From positions 10,480,001 through 10,544,000 of the forward strand of contig CM075994.1 of NCBI GenBank assembly GCA_038087875.1: DNA of 64,000 bases, written 5' to 3'. The DNA comes from Malacoraja senta (Eukaryota). Each line of letters opens with the position of its first letter. Within the stretch, counting starts at the first letter, position 1. Below are positions 12,283 through 24,573 of this stretch, one piece after another. The notes under the pieces were generated by a model. That model was not told the origin of the DNA. It saw only the letters and a program-made list of their open reading frames with translations, and made no database searches. A program made the position numbers and the translations under genes.

Positions 12283-12417
12283 GTGCGGCTTCCTGGTGCC
12301 CCAGTCATCTGGACTGCGTCCTTCTCCGTCGCAATCCCTGCATCGCTGGGTCGCAGGACTGCGGCCCCTGCTTACCCGGATACCGAGAGGACAGTGACAA
12401 GAAGTGCATCCTCGCGG
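12283..12417 (+). CDS. NPDC1: NPDC1-family gene, Cys-rich extracellular exon (first visible coding exon, phase 1-1)
   Basis: cag|GT...GCGG|gtgagt. Encodes AASWCPSHLDCVLLRRNPCIAGSQDCGPCLPGYREDSDKKCILA, matching the NPDC1 pattern CP..LDC.L.RR..C..G...CGPCL..F.ED..G.C. Confidence 0.9.
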
Positions 12418-12549
12418 GTGAGTGGGTGATACCTTAGTTTAGTTTAGTTTATTATCACGTGTACCGAAGTACGGTGAAAAACCTTTAAGAGACAAACAAT
12501 GCTGGAGAAACTCAGCGGGTGAGGCAGCACCTATGGAGAAAAGGAGTAG

Positions 12550-13063
12550 CATTCTTGCTATTGAGGGAGTGCAGCGTTGGTTTACAAGGTTAATTCCCGG
12601 GATGGCGGGACTGTCGTATGCTGAGAGAATGGAGCGGCTGGGCTTGTACACTCTGGAGTTTAGAAGGATGAGAGGGTATCTTATTGAAACATATAAGATT
12701 ATTCAGGGTTTGGACACGCTAGAGGCAGGAAACATGTTCCCAATGTTGGGGGAGTCCAGAACCAGGGGCCACAGTGTAAGATTAAGGGGTAAGCCATTTA
12801 GAACGGAGATGAGGAACCACTTTTTCTCACAGAGAGTTGCGAGTCTATGGAATTCTCTGCCTCAAAGGGCGGTGGAGGCAGTTCTCTGGTTGCTTTCAAG
12901 AGAGAGCTAGATAGGGCTCTTAAAGATAGCGGAGTCAGGGGATATGGGGAGAAGCCAGGAACGGGGTACTGATTGGGGATGATCAGCCATGATCACATTG
13001 AATGGCGGTGCTGGCACGAAGGGCCGAATGGCCTACTCCTGCACCTATTGTCTATTGCCTATT
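12550..13063 (+). mobile_element. CR1 LINE 3' fragment
   Basis: ORF 12533-12910 with CR1 RT C-terminus and tail. Confidence 0.9.
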
Positions 13064-13273
13064 GTGACGTTTCGGGTCGAGACCCTTCTTCTTCTTCAGA
13101 CCGATCTGCAGTTCCTTCCTGCGCAAGTGAATGAGAAAGTGGGATTACATGGGACTAGTGTGAATGGGTGATCGATAGCCAGCATGGATTCGGTGGGCCG
13201 AATGGCATGATTCCAGCTGGTATCTCTAGACTAAACTAAACATTACATGTGTGGGTTTTTTTTTCTGTTCCAG

Positions 13274-13453
13274 CAACTCTCCTTGCTCCTGGCCTGAAAG
13301 TCACCGACTCCAGCCTCAGCCGCTCTTCGAGTGCCCACCAGAGTACGGAGGGACCCTGGGCCACGGCAAGGACCACCCCGGTCACTCGCCCCGCCAGAGG
13401 GAGGGACAAGAGCAAGAAGCTTTCCCGTCTGCTAAATGACGTGGTGTCGCTGA
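13274..13453 (+). CDS. NPDC1: NPDC1-family exon, Ser/Thr/Pro-rich juxtamembrane region
   Basis: Pyrimidine tract plus cag acceptor. Open frame ATLLAPG...LLNDVVSL is in phase with both neighbours only if the donor A|gttagg at 13454 is used. Confidence 0.75.
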
Positions 13454-15013
13454 GTTAGGTAACGGGAGGCCGGAGTCTCGGGGACCAGTCGACACTGGTA
13501 TCTTGAGCGGAACACAGAGTGCCGGAAGAACTCAGTGGAGGTGGAGGGAAACGGGCAGATAATGTTTCGGGTCGGGTCTGAAGTGGAGTCCTGGCCATTT
13601 CCCTCCACAGATGCTGCCTGACCCGCTGAGTTCCTCCAGTGGTTTGTGTTTCTGTTTAACGAGAAGCCGGAGTGGATTAAGCAGGGGTGGGAAACGGGAA
13701 TGTGTGGGGGCAGGAGTGGGGGAGAGATTGGTTATAGAATGAATGAATGAATGAATGAATGAATGAATGAATGAATAAGTTTATTGGCCAAGTATTCACA
13801 TACAAGGAATTTGTCTTGTTGCTCCGCCCACAAGTGACAACATGACATACAGTGACAATTAAGAATGACACATAAAACATTAAACATTAATAATAAAACA
13901 TTATCGATTAAACATGTGAATTAAATAAAATACCAGAGCAAAAGGAGGCTACAGATTTTTGGTTATTGAGTAGAGCTACTACTCGTGGAAAAAAAGCAGT
14001 TCTTATGTCTGGCTGTGGCAGCTTTGACAGTCTGGAGTCGCCTTCCAGAGGGAAGTGATTCAAAGAGTTTGTGGCCAGGGTGAAAGGGATCAGAGATGAT
14101 CTTACCTGCTCGCTTCCTGGCCCTTGCAGTGTACAGTTCGTCAATGGAGGGAAGGCTGCAGCCAATAACCTTCTCAGCTGGGAGGTTCGAGGGAAAGACG
14201 GAGAGGTGTGGAGAAAGGGAAGGGGAGGGAGGGAGAGCAAGGTGGTTGGGAGGGGAGGGTGAGATGGGAGTGCGGAGATGAAAGAAAGAGCAAATGGGGG
14301 GTCTTCAGACAGGAGAGAGAGCGTCAGGGAGGAAACAAAATGGGCACGTGAGGAGAGAAGGGATGGAGGCAGAGGGATGTGGGGCGGTAACGGGATGAAG
14401 ATGGCTAATTGGAGAGAGAGGAGGTGAGAGGGAAGGAGCGAGGTCAGGGGTGTTTGTAGGAAGGTCAGAGAGATGAGGGAGAGTGGAGGTGGGGGGAGAG
14501 GTGAGGGGAAGGAGAGGGGAAAGGAGGGGAGAATGAGGGGAAGATTCACACCTCTCCAATTAGCCATCTTCATTCTCCCCATTACCTCCCATTTCTTTTC
14601 CACATCGCTCTCCATCTCCCCTTTTTTCTCCCCGATTCCCTGTCTCTGACCTCCACTCAATCTTACTTCCAGCCCGCTCATCTATCTCAACCCCTCTACC
14701 TCCCCCTCCCAACTCCCTCACAAACCTACTCGTAGAGTCATAGAGTGATACAATGTGGAAACCGGCCCTTTGGCCCAACTTGACCACACCAGCCAACAAT
14801 GTCCCAGCTACCCTAGTCCCACCTGCCTGCGCTTGGTCCATATCCCTCTAAACCTGCCCTATCCATGTACCTGTCCAACTGTTTCTTAAATGATGGGACA
14901 GTCCCAGCCTCAACTACCTCCTCTGGCAGCTTGTTCCATACACCCACCACCCTCTGTGTGGGAAAAACTGCCACTCGGATTCCTATCAAATCTTTTCCCC
15001 TTCACCTTGAACC

Positions 15014-15395
15014 CAGGGGCGGAAATCCACGGGGTGAGGATGGGGGGGGGGGGGGGTTGACGAGGGGGGGACACACGTCCCTCCCATGCTTTGAGAGTTG
15101 GGGGGCGGTCCCCCCCACGTTTTGTAATCCGGACTTTATCAGACGCTTTCTAAGGGCTGGATCGGCCTGTTCGCGGGGCCTTTCAGCGCCCGGCGCGGCT
15201 TAAAATCAAACTGCTGCATCGAGGCGATCGAGGCTCCCGATGAAAGGCCCCGTGAACGGGCCAATTCAAGCCCCGCGATTCAGGGCGGACGAAGCTGCTG
15301 TTGCTGGAGTTTGGAGTCGGTCACCAACCAGGTCAGCTCCCGATGTTACCGTCCTCAGGGCCCACGGCCGAAGCCTCGCGTGTGTGCGCATGCAC

Positions 15396-15432
<37 letters not shown>

Positions 15433-15503
15433 CATGCGCGCGCGTGGCCGGCAAGAAATTGTGTCCCTACCCCCCCGTGTTTTGATAGCGATTTCCGTGC
15501 CTG
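15014..15503 (+). mobile_element. Non-autonomous hAT-type DNA transposon
   Basis: Termini CAGGGGCGGAAAT / ATTTCCGTGCCTG. 8-bp TSD CTTGAACC / CTTGACCC. Confidence 0.8.
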
Positions 15504-15798
15504 CTTGACCCTATGTCTCGCCCTCCCTCCCTCCCCCTTCCCTCTCCCCACATCCGTGGAACTCACTGCCTTGGAGACCGTCATTGGGTGGAGATTGACA
15601 AATTGTTGATTAGTGAGGGGGTCGGGGGTCACGGGGAGAAAGCAGGAGAATGGGGTTGAGAGGGAGAGATAGATCAGCCGTGATTGAATGGCAGAGTAGA
15701 CTTGAGCAGTTCTGCTCCCGGCACCTACGAACTTATGACAGGGTCAACTCGTTGATCTATTGTCCACTGACTTTCCCTCCGTCCACCTCTCTCCCCAG

Positions 15799-15865
15799 GT
15801 CTGGTCATCATCTGCACAGTGACCGGTCTCTTCGGCCTGGCTGTGGCTGCTCGCTGTTGGTATCG
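15799..15865 (+). CDS. NPDC1: NPDC1-family exon, transmembrane segment
   Basis: ccccag|GT...CG|gtgagt. Encodes (S)LVIICTVTGLFGLAVAARCWY(R), a hydrophobic stretch ending in the NPDC1 CW.R motif. Confidence 0.9.
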
Positions 15866-18856
15866 GTGAGTCCCTGCTCTCTACACCATCCACAAGGCTG
15901 CAGATAGACACGGAGCGCTGGAGTAACTCAGCGGGTCAGGCAGCATCTCCGGAGATGGAAGGACGGGTGACGTTTCGGGTCGAGACCCTTCTTCAGTCTT
16001 CCGTGTCCCATAGAAACATAGAAAAATAGGTGCAGGAGGAGGCCATTTGGCCCTTCGAGCCTGCACCACCACACACTAGAGGCAAGAAACATGTTCTCGT
16101 TGTTGGGGGCGTCCAGAACCAGGGGGCCATAGTTTAAGAATAAGTGGTAAAGCCATTTAGAACGGAGATGAGGAAACACTTTTTCACACAGAGAGTTGTG
16201 AGTGTGTGGAATCCTCTGCCTCAGAGGGCGGTGGAGGCCGGTTCTCTGGACACTTTCAAGAGAGAGTTAGATAGAGCTCTTAGGGATAGCGGAGTTAAGG
16301 GATATGGAGTGAAGGCAGGAACGGGTACAGATCGTGGATGATCAGCCATGATCACATTGAATGGCGGTGCTGGCTCGAAGGGCCGAATGGCCTACTCCTG
16401 CACCTATTGCCTATTGTCTATTGCCATTCATTGTGATCATGGCTGATTATCCGGAATCAATAACCCATGCCTGCCTTCTCCCCATGTCCCTTGATTCCGC
16501 TCGCCCCTAGAGCTCTATCTAACTCTCTTTTAAATTCATCCAGTGAATTGTCCTCCACTGCCTTCCGTGGCAGAGAATTCCACAAATTCACAACTCTCTG
16601 GGTGAAAAGTTCTTTTTTATCATCTCATTTTTAAACGGCCTCCCCTGTATTCTTAGACTGTGGCCCCTGGTTCCGGACTCCCCCATCATTGGGAAAAATG
16701 TTCCTGCATCTAGATTGTCCAGTCCTTTTATAATTTTATACGTTCCTGTATGAACCCGACCGCCAACGTCACCTATCCTTGTTTCTCCAGCGATGCCGCC
16801 TGACCCTTGTGCCTATCCTTGGTATAAAACAGTTTCTGCAGTTCTTTGTTTCGACATCCAGGACCAAAGGTCCTAGAGCGGAGCAAGATGGTCCACTCCT
16901 GCAAAATCCAATGGACTGACGTGTAGTACGCAACGGAGCGTAACTTCCGCCATTTTGGTAACCCAACCCTAACCGACCCGACTTCAGTTATGCGTTCAGT
17001 TAAAACGGCACATACCTTGCACAGGGAGGAACTGCAGATGCTGGTTTAAACCGAAGACAGACACAAAAGGCTGGAGTAACTCAGCGGATCAGGCAGCATC
17101 GCTGGAGAGAAGGAATAGGTGATATTTCGGGTCGACCTTTTCGTCAGCTGCCATGGCACGTTACAGCTATCGAAAAAGTCGACCCGGAATATCACCTATT
17201 CCTTCTCTCCAGAGATGCTGCCTGATCATCCGAGTTACCGAGCGATTTCACCCTCCGCCCTCCTTTATTACAAAAAAATAAACACTTTCATGTCCCCGGA
17301 TGGGAGGACGGGGGGGGGGACCCGAATGCTGTAAAAAAAAACTTTTGTGTTCGTCAATAGCCATCTTAGCATGACATGAAGTGTAAGTAGACCATCTTTG
17401 TCCAGGACTCTGCGCTCTCTAACATTGATTCACTGCGACATCACTTTCTCGTGAAGAGGGACACAGAATGCTGGAGTAACTCAGGCAGCGTCTCTGGAGA
17501 AAAGGAATCGGTGGCGTTTCGGGTCGAGACGCTTCTTCAGCCAATTTCTCTCGCTCTTCAAATGTTTTCAGGGCCGCAACGTAAACCTGTGGACATTCAT
17601 AGATACATAGATACATAGAAAATAGGTGCAGGAGTAGGCCATTCGGCCCTTCGAGCCTGCACCGCCATTCAATATGATCATGGCTGATCATCCAACTCAG
17701 TATCCCATACCTGCCTTCTCTCCATACCCCCTGATCCCTTTAGCCACAAGGGCCACATCTAACTCCCTCTTAAATATAGCCAATTCCCTCCCTAAAACTC
17801 ACTGCCTTCTCTCCACAAAGGCCAACCCAACCTTGAGCTAGCCTTTCTACAATAGACAATAGACAATAGGTGCAGGAGGAGGCCATTCGGCCCTTCGAGC
17901 CAGCACCACCATTCAATGTGATCATGGCTGATCATCCACAATCAGTACCCCGTTCCTGCCTTCTCCCCATATCCCCTGACTCCACTATCTTTAAGAGCCC
18001 TATCTAGCTCTCTCTTGAAAGTATCCAGAGAACCGGCCTCCACCGCCCTCTGAGGCAGAGAATTCCACAGACTCACAACTCTCAGTGTGAAAAGGTTTTT
18101 CCTCATCGCTGTTCTAAATGGCTTACCACTTATTCTTAAACTGTGGCCCCTGGTTCATTGGGAACATGTTTCCTGCCTCTAGCATGTCCAAACCCTTAAT
18201 AATCCTGTTTCAATAAGATCCCCTCTCATCTTTCTAAATTCCAGAGTGTACAAGCCCAGCCGCTCCATTCTCTCAGCATATGATAGTCCCACCATCCCGG
18301 GAATTAACCTCGTGAACCTACGCTGCACTCCCTCGATAGCAAGAATGTCCTTCCTCAAATTATGGGACCAAAACTGCACACAATACTCCAGGTGCGGTCT
18401 CACTTGAGCCCTGTACAACTGCAGAAGGGACCTCTTTGCTCCAACACGCAACTCCTCTTGTTATACTTCCATCCGACACTAGGTGTCACTTAAACCTCAA
18501 ACTCGGGTTGAATATGATGAGCGTTTGTTGACACTGGGCCTGTACTTGCTGGAGTTTAGGGGATACCTCATTGAAACTCAGCGAATAGTGAAAGGACTGC
18601 GTAGAGTGGATGTGGAGAGGATGTTTCCACCAGTGGGAGAGCTTCTCTTTTTCTCACAGAGAGTTGTGAGTCTGTGGAATTCTCTGCCTCAGAGGGCGGT
18701 GGAGGCCGGTTCTCTGGATACTTTCAAGAGAGAGCTAGATAGGGCTTAAAGATAGCGGAGTCAGGGGATATGGGGAGAAGGCAGGAACGGGGTACTGATT
18801 ATGTCAACCCCTCTCCCTCTCCCTCCCCTCCCAGTTCATTGTTTAGTTAATTTTAG

Positions 18857-19197
18857 TCAAGTCAAGTCAAGTCCATTTTATTTCTATAGCACATTTAAAA
18901 ATAACTCTCGTTGACCAAAGGTACACAAAAATGCTGGAGAAACTCAGCGGGTGCAGCAGCATCTATGGAGCGAAGGAAATAGGTAACGTTTCGGGTCGAA
19001 ACCCTTCTTCGGGCCGAAACCCTTCTTCTCGTTGACCAAAATGCTTTACATCAGTGCAGGTACAAACGTGCTACAAACAATGGTACATAGATCAACAATA
19101 CACACATAAATACATACATACACGCTCCCTCAGAGGACCTCAAGAAAGGCTTGAGAGTAAAAATCAGTTTTAAGTCTAGACTTGAAAGAGTTGATGA
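18857..19197 (-). mobile_element. L2 LINE 3' tail with nested Penelope insert
   Basis: (AAGTC)n followed by the reverse complement of the L2 3' UTR. Confidence 0.8.
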
Positions 19198-19643
19198 AAT
19201 TTTAGTTTAAAGATACAGCAAGATAAAGAATTTTAATTTTTTAAGATACAGCATGGAAACAGGCCATTCAGCCCATCGAGTGCGCGCTGACCAACAACCT
19301 AGTTCTAGTTCAATCCTACACACTAGGAACAATTTACAGAAGCCAAGTAACCTACAAACAAGCATGTCTTTATCATGTGGGAGGAAACCAGAGCACCCGG
19401 AGAAAACCCACGCGGTCACAGGCGGAAACGTGTACACTCTGTGCAGACAAGCACGCGTAGTCAAGATGGAACCCGATCTCTGGCGCTGTCGGGCAGCAAC
19501 GCTACCATGCCACCCCTTTAGTTAGTTTAACGGCATCACGTACACGAGAACCGGGCGTCCACAGCGCTCCAGGGTAGAATATTTAGGCTTTGGTTTTGAC
19601 TTTGATTTACGAGCATTTCAACAAAGTGTTTGTTTTGTTCCAG

Positions 19644-19701
19644 GCTACAGAAGGAGGTGAGACTGGCACAGAAGATGGTCTATGAAGGGGTACAGCCCCC
19701 G
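19644..19701 (+). CDS. NPDC1: NPDC1-family exon
   Basis: ttccag|G...CCG|gtaagg. Encodes LQKEVRLAQKMVYEGVQPP, compare NPDC1 LQREIRLTQKADY. Confidence 0.9.
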
Positions 19702-20939
19702 GTAAGGAACCAAGGCACAAAGAGGGGTGGAGGACTGGCAGAAATTGGACCTTGGAAAAAATATTCAACTATCTACCCCTGATAATTTTTTCAACCTCTA
19801 TAAAATAACCTCTATAACATAATTCTTGCCATCGAGGGAGTGCAGCGTAGGTTCACAAGGTTAATTCCTGGGATGGCGGGACTATCATATGCTGAGAGAA
19901 TGGAGCGGCTGGGCTTGTACACTCTAGAGTTTAGAAGGATGAGAGGATATCTTATTGAAACATAAAAGATTATTAAGGGTTTGGACACGCTAGAGGCAGG
20001 AAACGTGTTCCCGATGGCGGGTGAGTCCAGAACCAGGGGCCACATAGTTTAAGAATAAGGGGTAAGCCATTTAGAACGGAGGCGAGGAAACACTTTTTCA
20101 CACAGAGAGTTGTGAGTCTGTGGAATTCTCTGCCTCAGAGGGCGGTGGAGGCCGGTTCTCTGGATACTTTCAAGAGAGAGCGAGATACGGCTCTAAAAGA
20201 TAGCGGAGTCAGGGGATATGGGGAGAAGGCAGGAACGGGGTACTGATTGTGGATGATCAGCCATGATCACATTGAATGGCGGTGCTGGCTCGAAGGGCCA
20301 AATGGCCCAATCCTGCACCTATTGTCTATTGTCCATTGTCTAACCTCAGCCTCCTTCGATCTGAGGAAAAAAAGCTCTAGTTTATCCAGCCTCTAATAAC
20401 TCGACTCCACCAGCCCAAATAGAGTCATATGGCAGGGAACCAGGCCCTTCGGCCCAACTATCCCATGCCGACCGAGATGCCCTATCTACATTAGTCCCAC
20501 TTGCCCATGTTTGGCCCATATCCCTCTAAACCCATCCTATCCTTGTGTCTGTCCAAATGTCTTTTAAATGTTGTCAATTACATAACATCCTGAAGCAGCG
20601 GTCTGCGGAGCTTCTAGCCGCGGGTGTGGACTTCTCATCGCGGAGTTTGGGATACCTTGCCGGGGATCGCCGGAGAGGAGCTCCGACCGCCGACCTGCAG
20701 CCTAAAGCATCGTGAATCCCCGGTCTCCAGTAGGAAGCGGCCGATTTGGTGTCCGTCCGTCCCGACCACGACGTCGGAGTTTCGAGCATCCCGACGAGAG
20801 GGCCGGTACATCCGGCCGTCCGTAGCGGCGACTACGGAGGGTTCATGGCCCCGACCACGGATAAACAAAGGAGGAGGACTGACTGAACGTTATTGCCTTC
20901 CACGACAGTGAAGAATGCTGATTCAACTGTGGTGGATGT

Positions 20940-22205
20940 TCAAGTCAAGTCAAGTCAAGTTTATTGGTCACATACACATACGAGATGTGCAGTGAAATGA
21001 AAAGTGGCAATGCTCGCGGACTTTGTGCAAAAAAAACACAACAAACAAACAAACTACAAACAGAATGGAACAGAAACACATATTCTTTTATTACATATTG
21101 TGGGAGGAAGGAAAAAGGAGGAAAAACCCAGCAATTTTGAAAAAAACAGTAGAATGGTTCAGTAAAGTTAGTCCCTGGTGAGGTAGGAGTTTACAGTCCT
21201 AATGGCCTCTGGGGAGAAACTCCTTCTCATCCTCTCCGTTCTCTCAGCATGGCAGCGGTGGCGCTTGCCTGACCGTAGCAGCTGGAACAGTCTGTTGCTG
21301 GGGTGGAAGGGGTCTCCCATGATCTTATTGGGTCTGGATTTGCACCTTCTGATGTATAGTTCCTGCCAAGAGCGGAACTCGCTATCAAAACATGGAGGGG
21401 ACGGGGGGGGGACACAATTTTTTGAGGCTTCGGAGGCTCAATCCAGCGCTAAATGCAGCTCAACTCTGCCCGTCTCACCGGGTTAACTACAGCCCTGCCT
21501 GGACTGACGGGACACCAGCGCGGCTTCTCCGCGCTGGCCATATTTCCCGCAAGTCCAGGCAGGTTCACCTGGCGGGACAGGCTGAGTTGAGCTGGGTTTA
21601 GGGCTGTTTCTCTGCGCTGGCTGTGGGCCTGGGGGCAAAGCTTGCGTCTGACTCCCGACCTCTCTGGCCACCCGTGGGGGGGTGGGGTGAACTCGGGACA
21701 GCGCCGGAGACCCGGCCGGGATCGATCCTGCCTGCGGATGTGGCGCAGGTCTGTGCCACGTCTCCCTCCTCCAATCGCCGCACTCTATCCTCAGTCCCAC
21801 CCCCCCCCCCACCCACCCTCCTCCAATCATCGCGCCCTCGATCATCAGTCCCACCCCCACTATCTCGCGGAAAGTGGAGATTTTAAAATACGGATCACAA
21901 AAACTTGGGGGGGGCTGTCCCCCACCACTCAAAACATGGGGGGGGGGGTGGGCGTGTCCCCTCTGGCACCCCCCCCCCCCCGTGTTTTCCGCCCCTGGTT
22001 CCTGCAGAGGGGCGAGTGTAGTTCCCATAGTGCGTTCGGCCGAAAGCACTACTCTCTGCAGAGCCGTCTTGTCCTGGGGAGAGCAGTTCCCAAACCAAAT
22101 CGTGATATTTCCGGACAAGATGCTTTCCACAGCCACTGAGTAGAAGCACTGGAGGATCCTCAGAGACACTCTGAATTTCCTCAGCTGCCTGAGATGGTAA
22201 AGGCT
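20940..22205 (-). mobile_element. Rex1/Babar LINE fragment interrupted by a hAT MITE
   Basis: ILQCFYSVAVESILSGNITIWFGN...LQRVV on the minus strand, with (AAGTC)n tail at 20940. Confidence 0.8.
21367..21997 (-). mobile_element. Non-autonomous hAT-type DNA transposon, same termini as 15014-15503
   Basis: Perfect 8-bp TSD GTTCCTGC at 21359-21366 and 21998-22005. Confidence 0.85.
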
Positions 22206-22417
22206 CTGTTCATGTTATACTCTATTGTGTATTGTGCTCTTTTTGACTGCATGGCTGCATGGTAAGTCGAATTCCACTGGTGCATGTGGCAATAAATGTG
22301 CGTTCAATGCACCTGCTTCAACTACCTCCTCCAGCAGCTCGTTCCATGCACCAACCACCCTTTGCATGAGGAAGCTGCCCCTCAGGTTCCCATTCAATAT
22401 CTCTCCTCTTTCCTCAG

Positions 22418-22497
22418 TTCATGGACAGGAGACTTGTGGAAAAGCTTCAGAGGCATCACTACCAGCACCAGAAGAAAGTCATCCAAGCCTTGGATCG
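22418..22497 (+). CDS. NPDC1: NPDC1-family exon
   Basis: tcctcag|TTC...CG|gtgagt. Encodes FMDRRLVEKLQRHHYQHQKKVIQALD(R), which includes the HYQHQ motif. Confidence 0.9.
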
Positions 22498-22792
22498 GTG
22501 AGTCTCCCTGAACTCTCGTTCACTCCTCAGTGTAGATGTAAGAATCCTTGATGTCCGAGCTAAACGGTGATATAATGACTCGCAGGGTATCTGACCTGCC
22601 CTCTCATCCACTCCTGCTCTCTGACCTCCGACCTCCCCTGTGGACGGCACAGTGGCACAGCTGGTGCACCTTAAACCAATGCCAGCAGTAATGTTGTCAC
22701 TTGCGGGCGTAGCACCAAGGCAAATTCCTTGTATGTGAAAATTCTTGGCCAATAAACGTATTCATTCATTCATTCGTTCATTCACTCATTCA

Positions 22793-23070
22793 GTAGAGCT
22801 GCTGCCTTACAGCGCCAGAGACCCGGGTTCGATCCCGACTAGGGGTGCTGTCTGTACGGAGTTTGTACGTTCTCCCCGTGACCTGCGTGGGTTTTCTCCG
22901 AGATCTTCGTTTTCCTCCCACACTCCAAAGGCGTACAGGCTTGCCGGTTAATTGGCTTGGCATAACTGTAAATTGTCCCGTGTGTGTGTAAGATGGTGTT
23001 AATGTGCGGGGATCGCTGGTCGGTGCGAACCCAGTCGGCCGAAGGGCCTGTTTCTGCGTTGTATCTCTAA
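22793..23070 (+). mobile_element. HE1-like V-SINE
   Basis: Same head, core and tail. Further copies at ~19245-19515(-), 25288-25595(+), 57765-58010(-) and 59795-60055(+). Confidence 0.85.
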
Positions 23071-23762
23071 GTAAGTAAGTAAGTTTAAGTATGTAAATAA
23101 GTTTATTGGCCAAGTATTCACATACAAGGAATTTGCCTTGGTGCTCCGCCCACAAGTAACAACGTGACATACAGTGACAGTTACGAATGACTCAGAAAAC
23201 ATTAAATATTAATAATAATAAAACATTAATGATAAAACACCATTGATCAAGCATGTGAACCAACAAAATACCAGATCAAAGGGAGGCTACAGATTTTTGG
23301 CTGTTGAGTAGAGCAACTACTCGTGGATAAAAACTGTTTTTATGTCTGGCTGTGGCAGCTCTAAACTAAACTTATCTAAACTGAACACATCCCTTCTCAT
23401 ATATGACGCCCAAAAATCATCTTACAACTCTACTCAGCCCACACAGTTCTCGATCTGGGCCAGTGCATGTCCTTGCAACTGAATAATCCCAACACTCTTC
23501 AATTCACAAGACAGGATAATCAATTCAGCCCATCGAGTCTACTCCGCCATTGAATCATGGCTGATCTATCTTTCCCTCTCAACCCCATTCTCCTGCCTTC
23601 TCCCCGTAACCCCTGACAACCTTACCAATCAAGAATCTGTCAATCTCCACCTTAAAAATACCCAATGACTCGGCCCTCACAGCCGTCTGTGGCAACGAAT
23701 TCCATGGATTCACCAACTTCTGACAAAAGAAATCCCTCCTCATCTCCTTTCTAAAGGTGCGT

Positions 23763-24573
23763 CCAAAAGATAATCCTCCGACATTTTCGCCAACTCCAAC
23801 GGGATCCCACCACTGGCCACATCTTCCCATCTCCTCCCCTTTCGGCTTTCCGCAGAGACTGCTCCCTCCGTAACTCCCTGGTCGAATTTGCCCCTTCCCA
23901 CCCAAACCACCCCCTCCCCTGGGACTTTCCCGTGCAACCGCAGGTAATTCTACACTTGTCGCTTTACCTCCCCCCTTGACTCCATCCAAGGACCCAAGCA
24001 GTCTTTCCAGGTGAGGCAGAGGTTCACCTGCACCTCCTCCAACCTCATCTATTGCATCCGCTGCTCCAGGTGTCAGCTGCTCTACATCGGTGAGACCAAG
24101 CGTAGGCTTGGCGATCGCTTCGCCCAACACCTCCGCTCTGTCCGCAATAACCAACCTGATCTCCCGGTGGCTCAGCACTTCAACTGCCCCTCCCATTCCG
24201 AATCCGACCTTTCTGTCCTGGGCCTCCTCCATGGCCAGAGTGAGTCGCACCGTAAATTGGAGGAGCAGCACCTCATATTTCACTTGGGTAGTTTACACCC
24301 CAGCGGTATGAACATTGACTTCTCCAATTTCAGGTAGTCCTTGCTTTCTCCCTCTTTCCCCTCCCCTTCCCAGCTCTCCCAGTCCCACAGCCCACTGTCT
24401 CCGCCTCTTCCTTTCTTCTTCCCCCACCCCCACCTCCACATCAGTCTGAAGAAGGGTCTCGACCTGAAACGTCACCTATTTCCTTCGCTCCATCGATGCT
24501 GCCTCACCCGCTGAGTTTCTCCAGCATTTTTGACTACCTTCGATTCTCCAGCATCTGCAGTTCCTTCTTAAAC
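23763..24573 (+). mobile_element. Penelope-like retroelement 3' part: linker, GIY-YIG endonuclease and terminal repeat with hammerhead-like motif
   Basis: ORF 24011-24337 CTSSNLIYCIRCSRCQLLYIGETKRRLGDRFAQH...HFN. The motif CTGAAGAAGGGTCTCGACCTGAAACGTC is at 24446-24473. Confidence 0.88.

Noticed and set aside
14180..14720. 257-aa Leu/Pro/Ser-rich ORF (13908-14681) over adjacent purine- and pyrimidine-rich tracts
   Set aside because: Low-complexity GA/CT sequence fused to a Rex1 fragment. No precise mirror or inverted symmetry could be confirmed by eye.
16862..16990. Possible Helitron/Helentron end or promoter (CGCCATTTT, AACCCTAACC)
   Set aside because: Too short, with no second terminus or supporting copy in the window.
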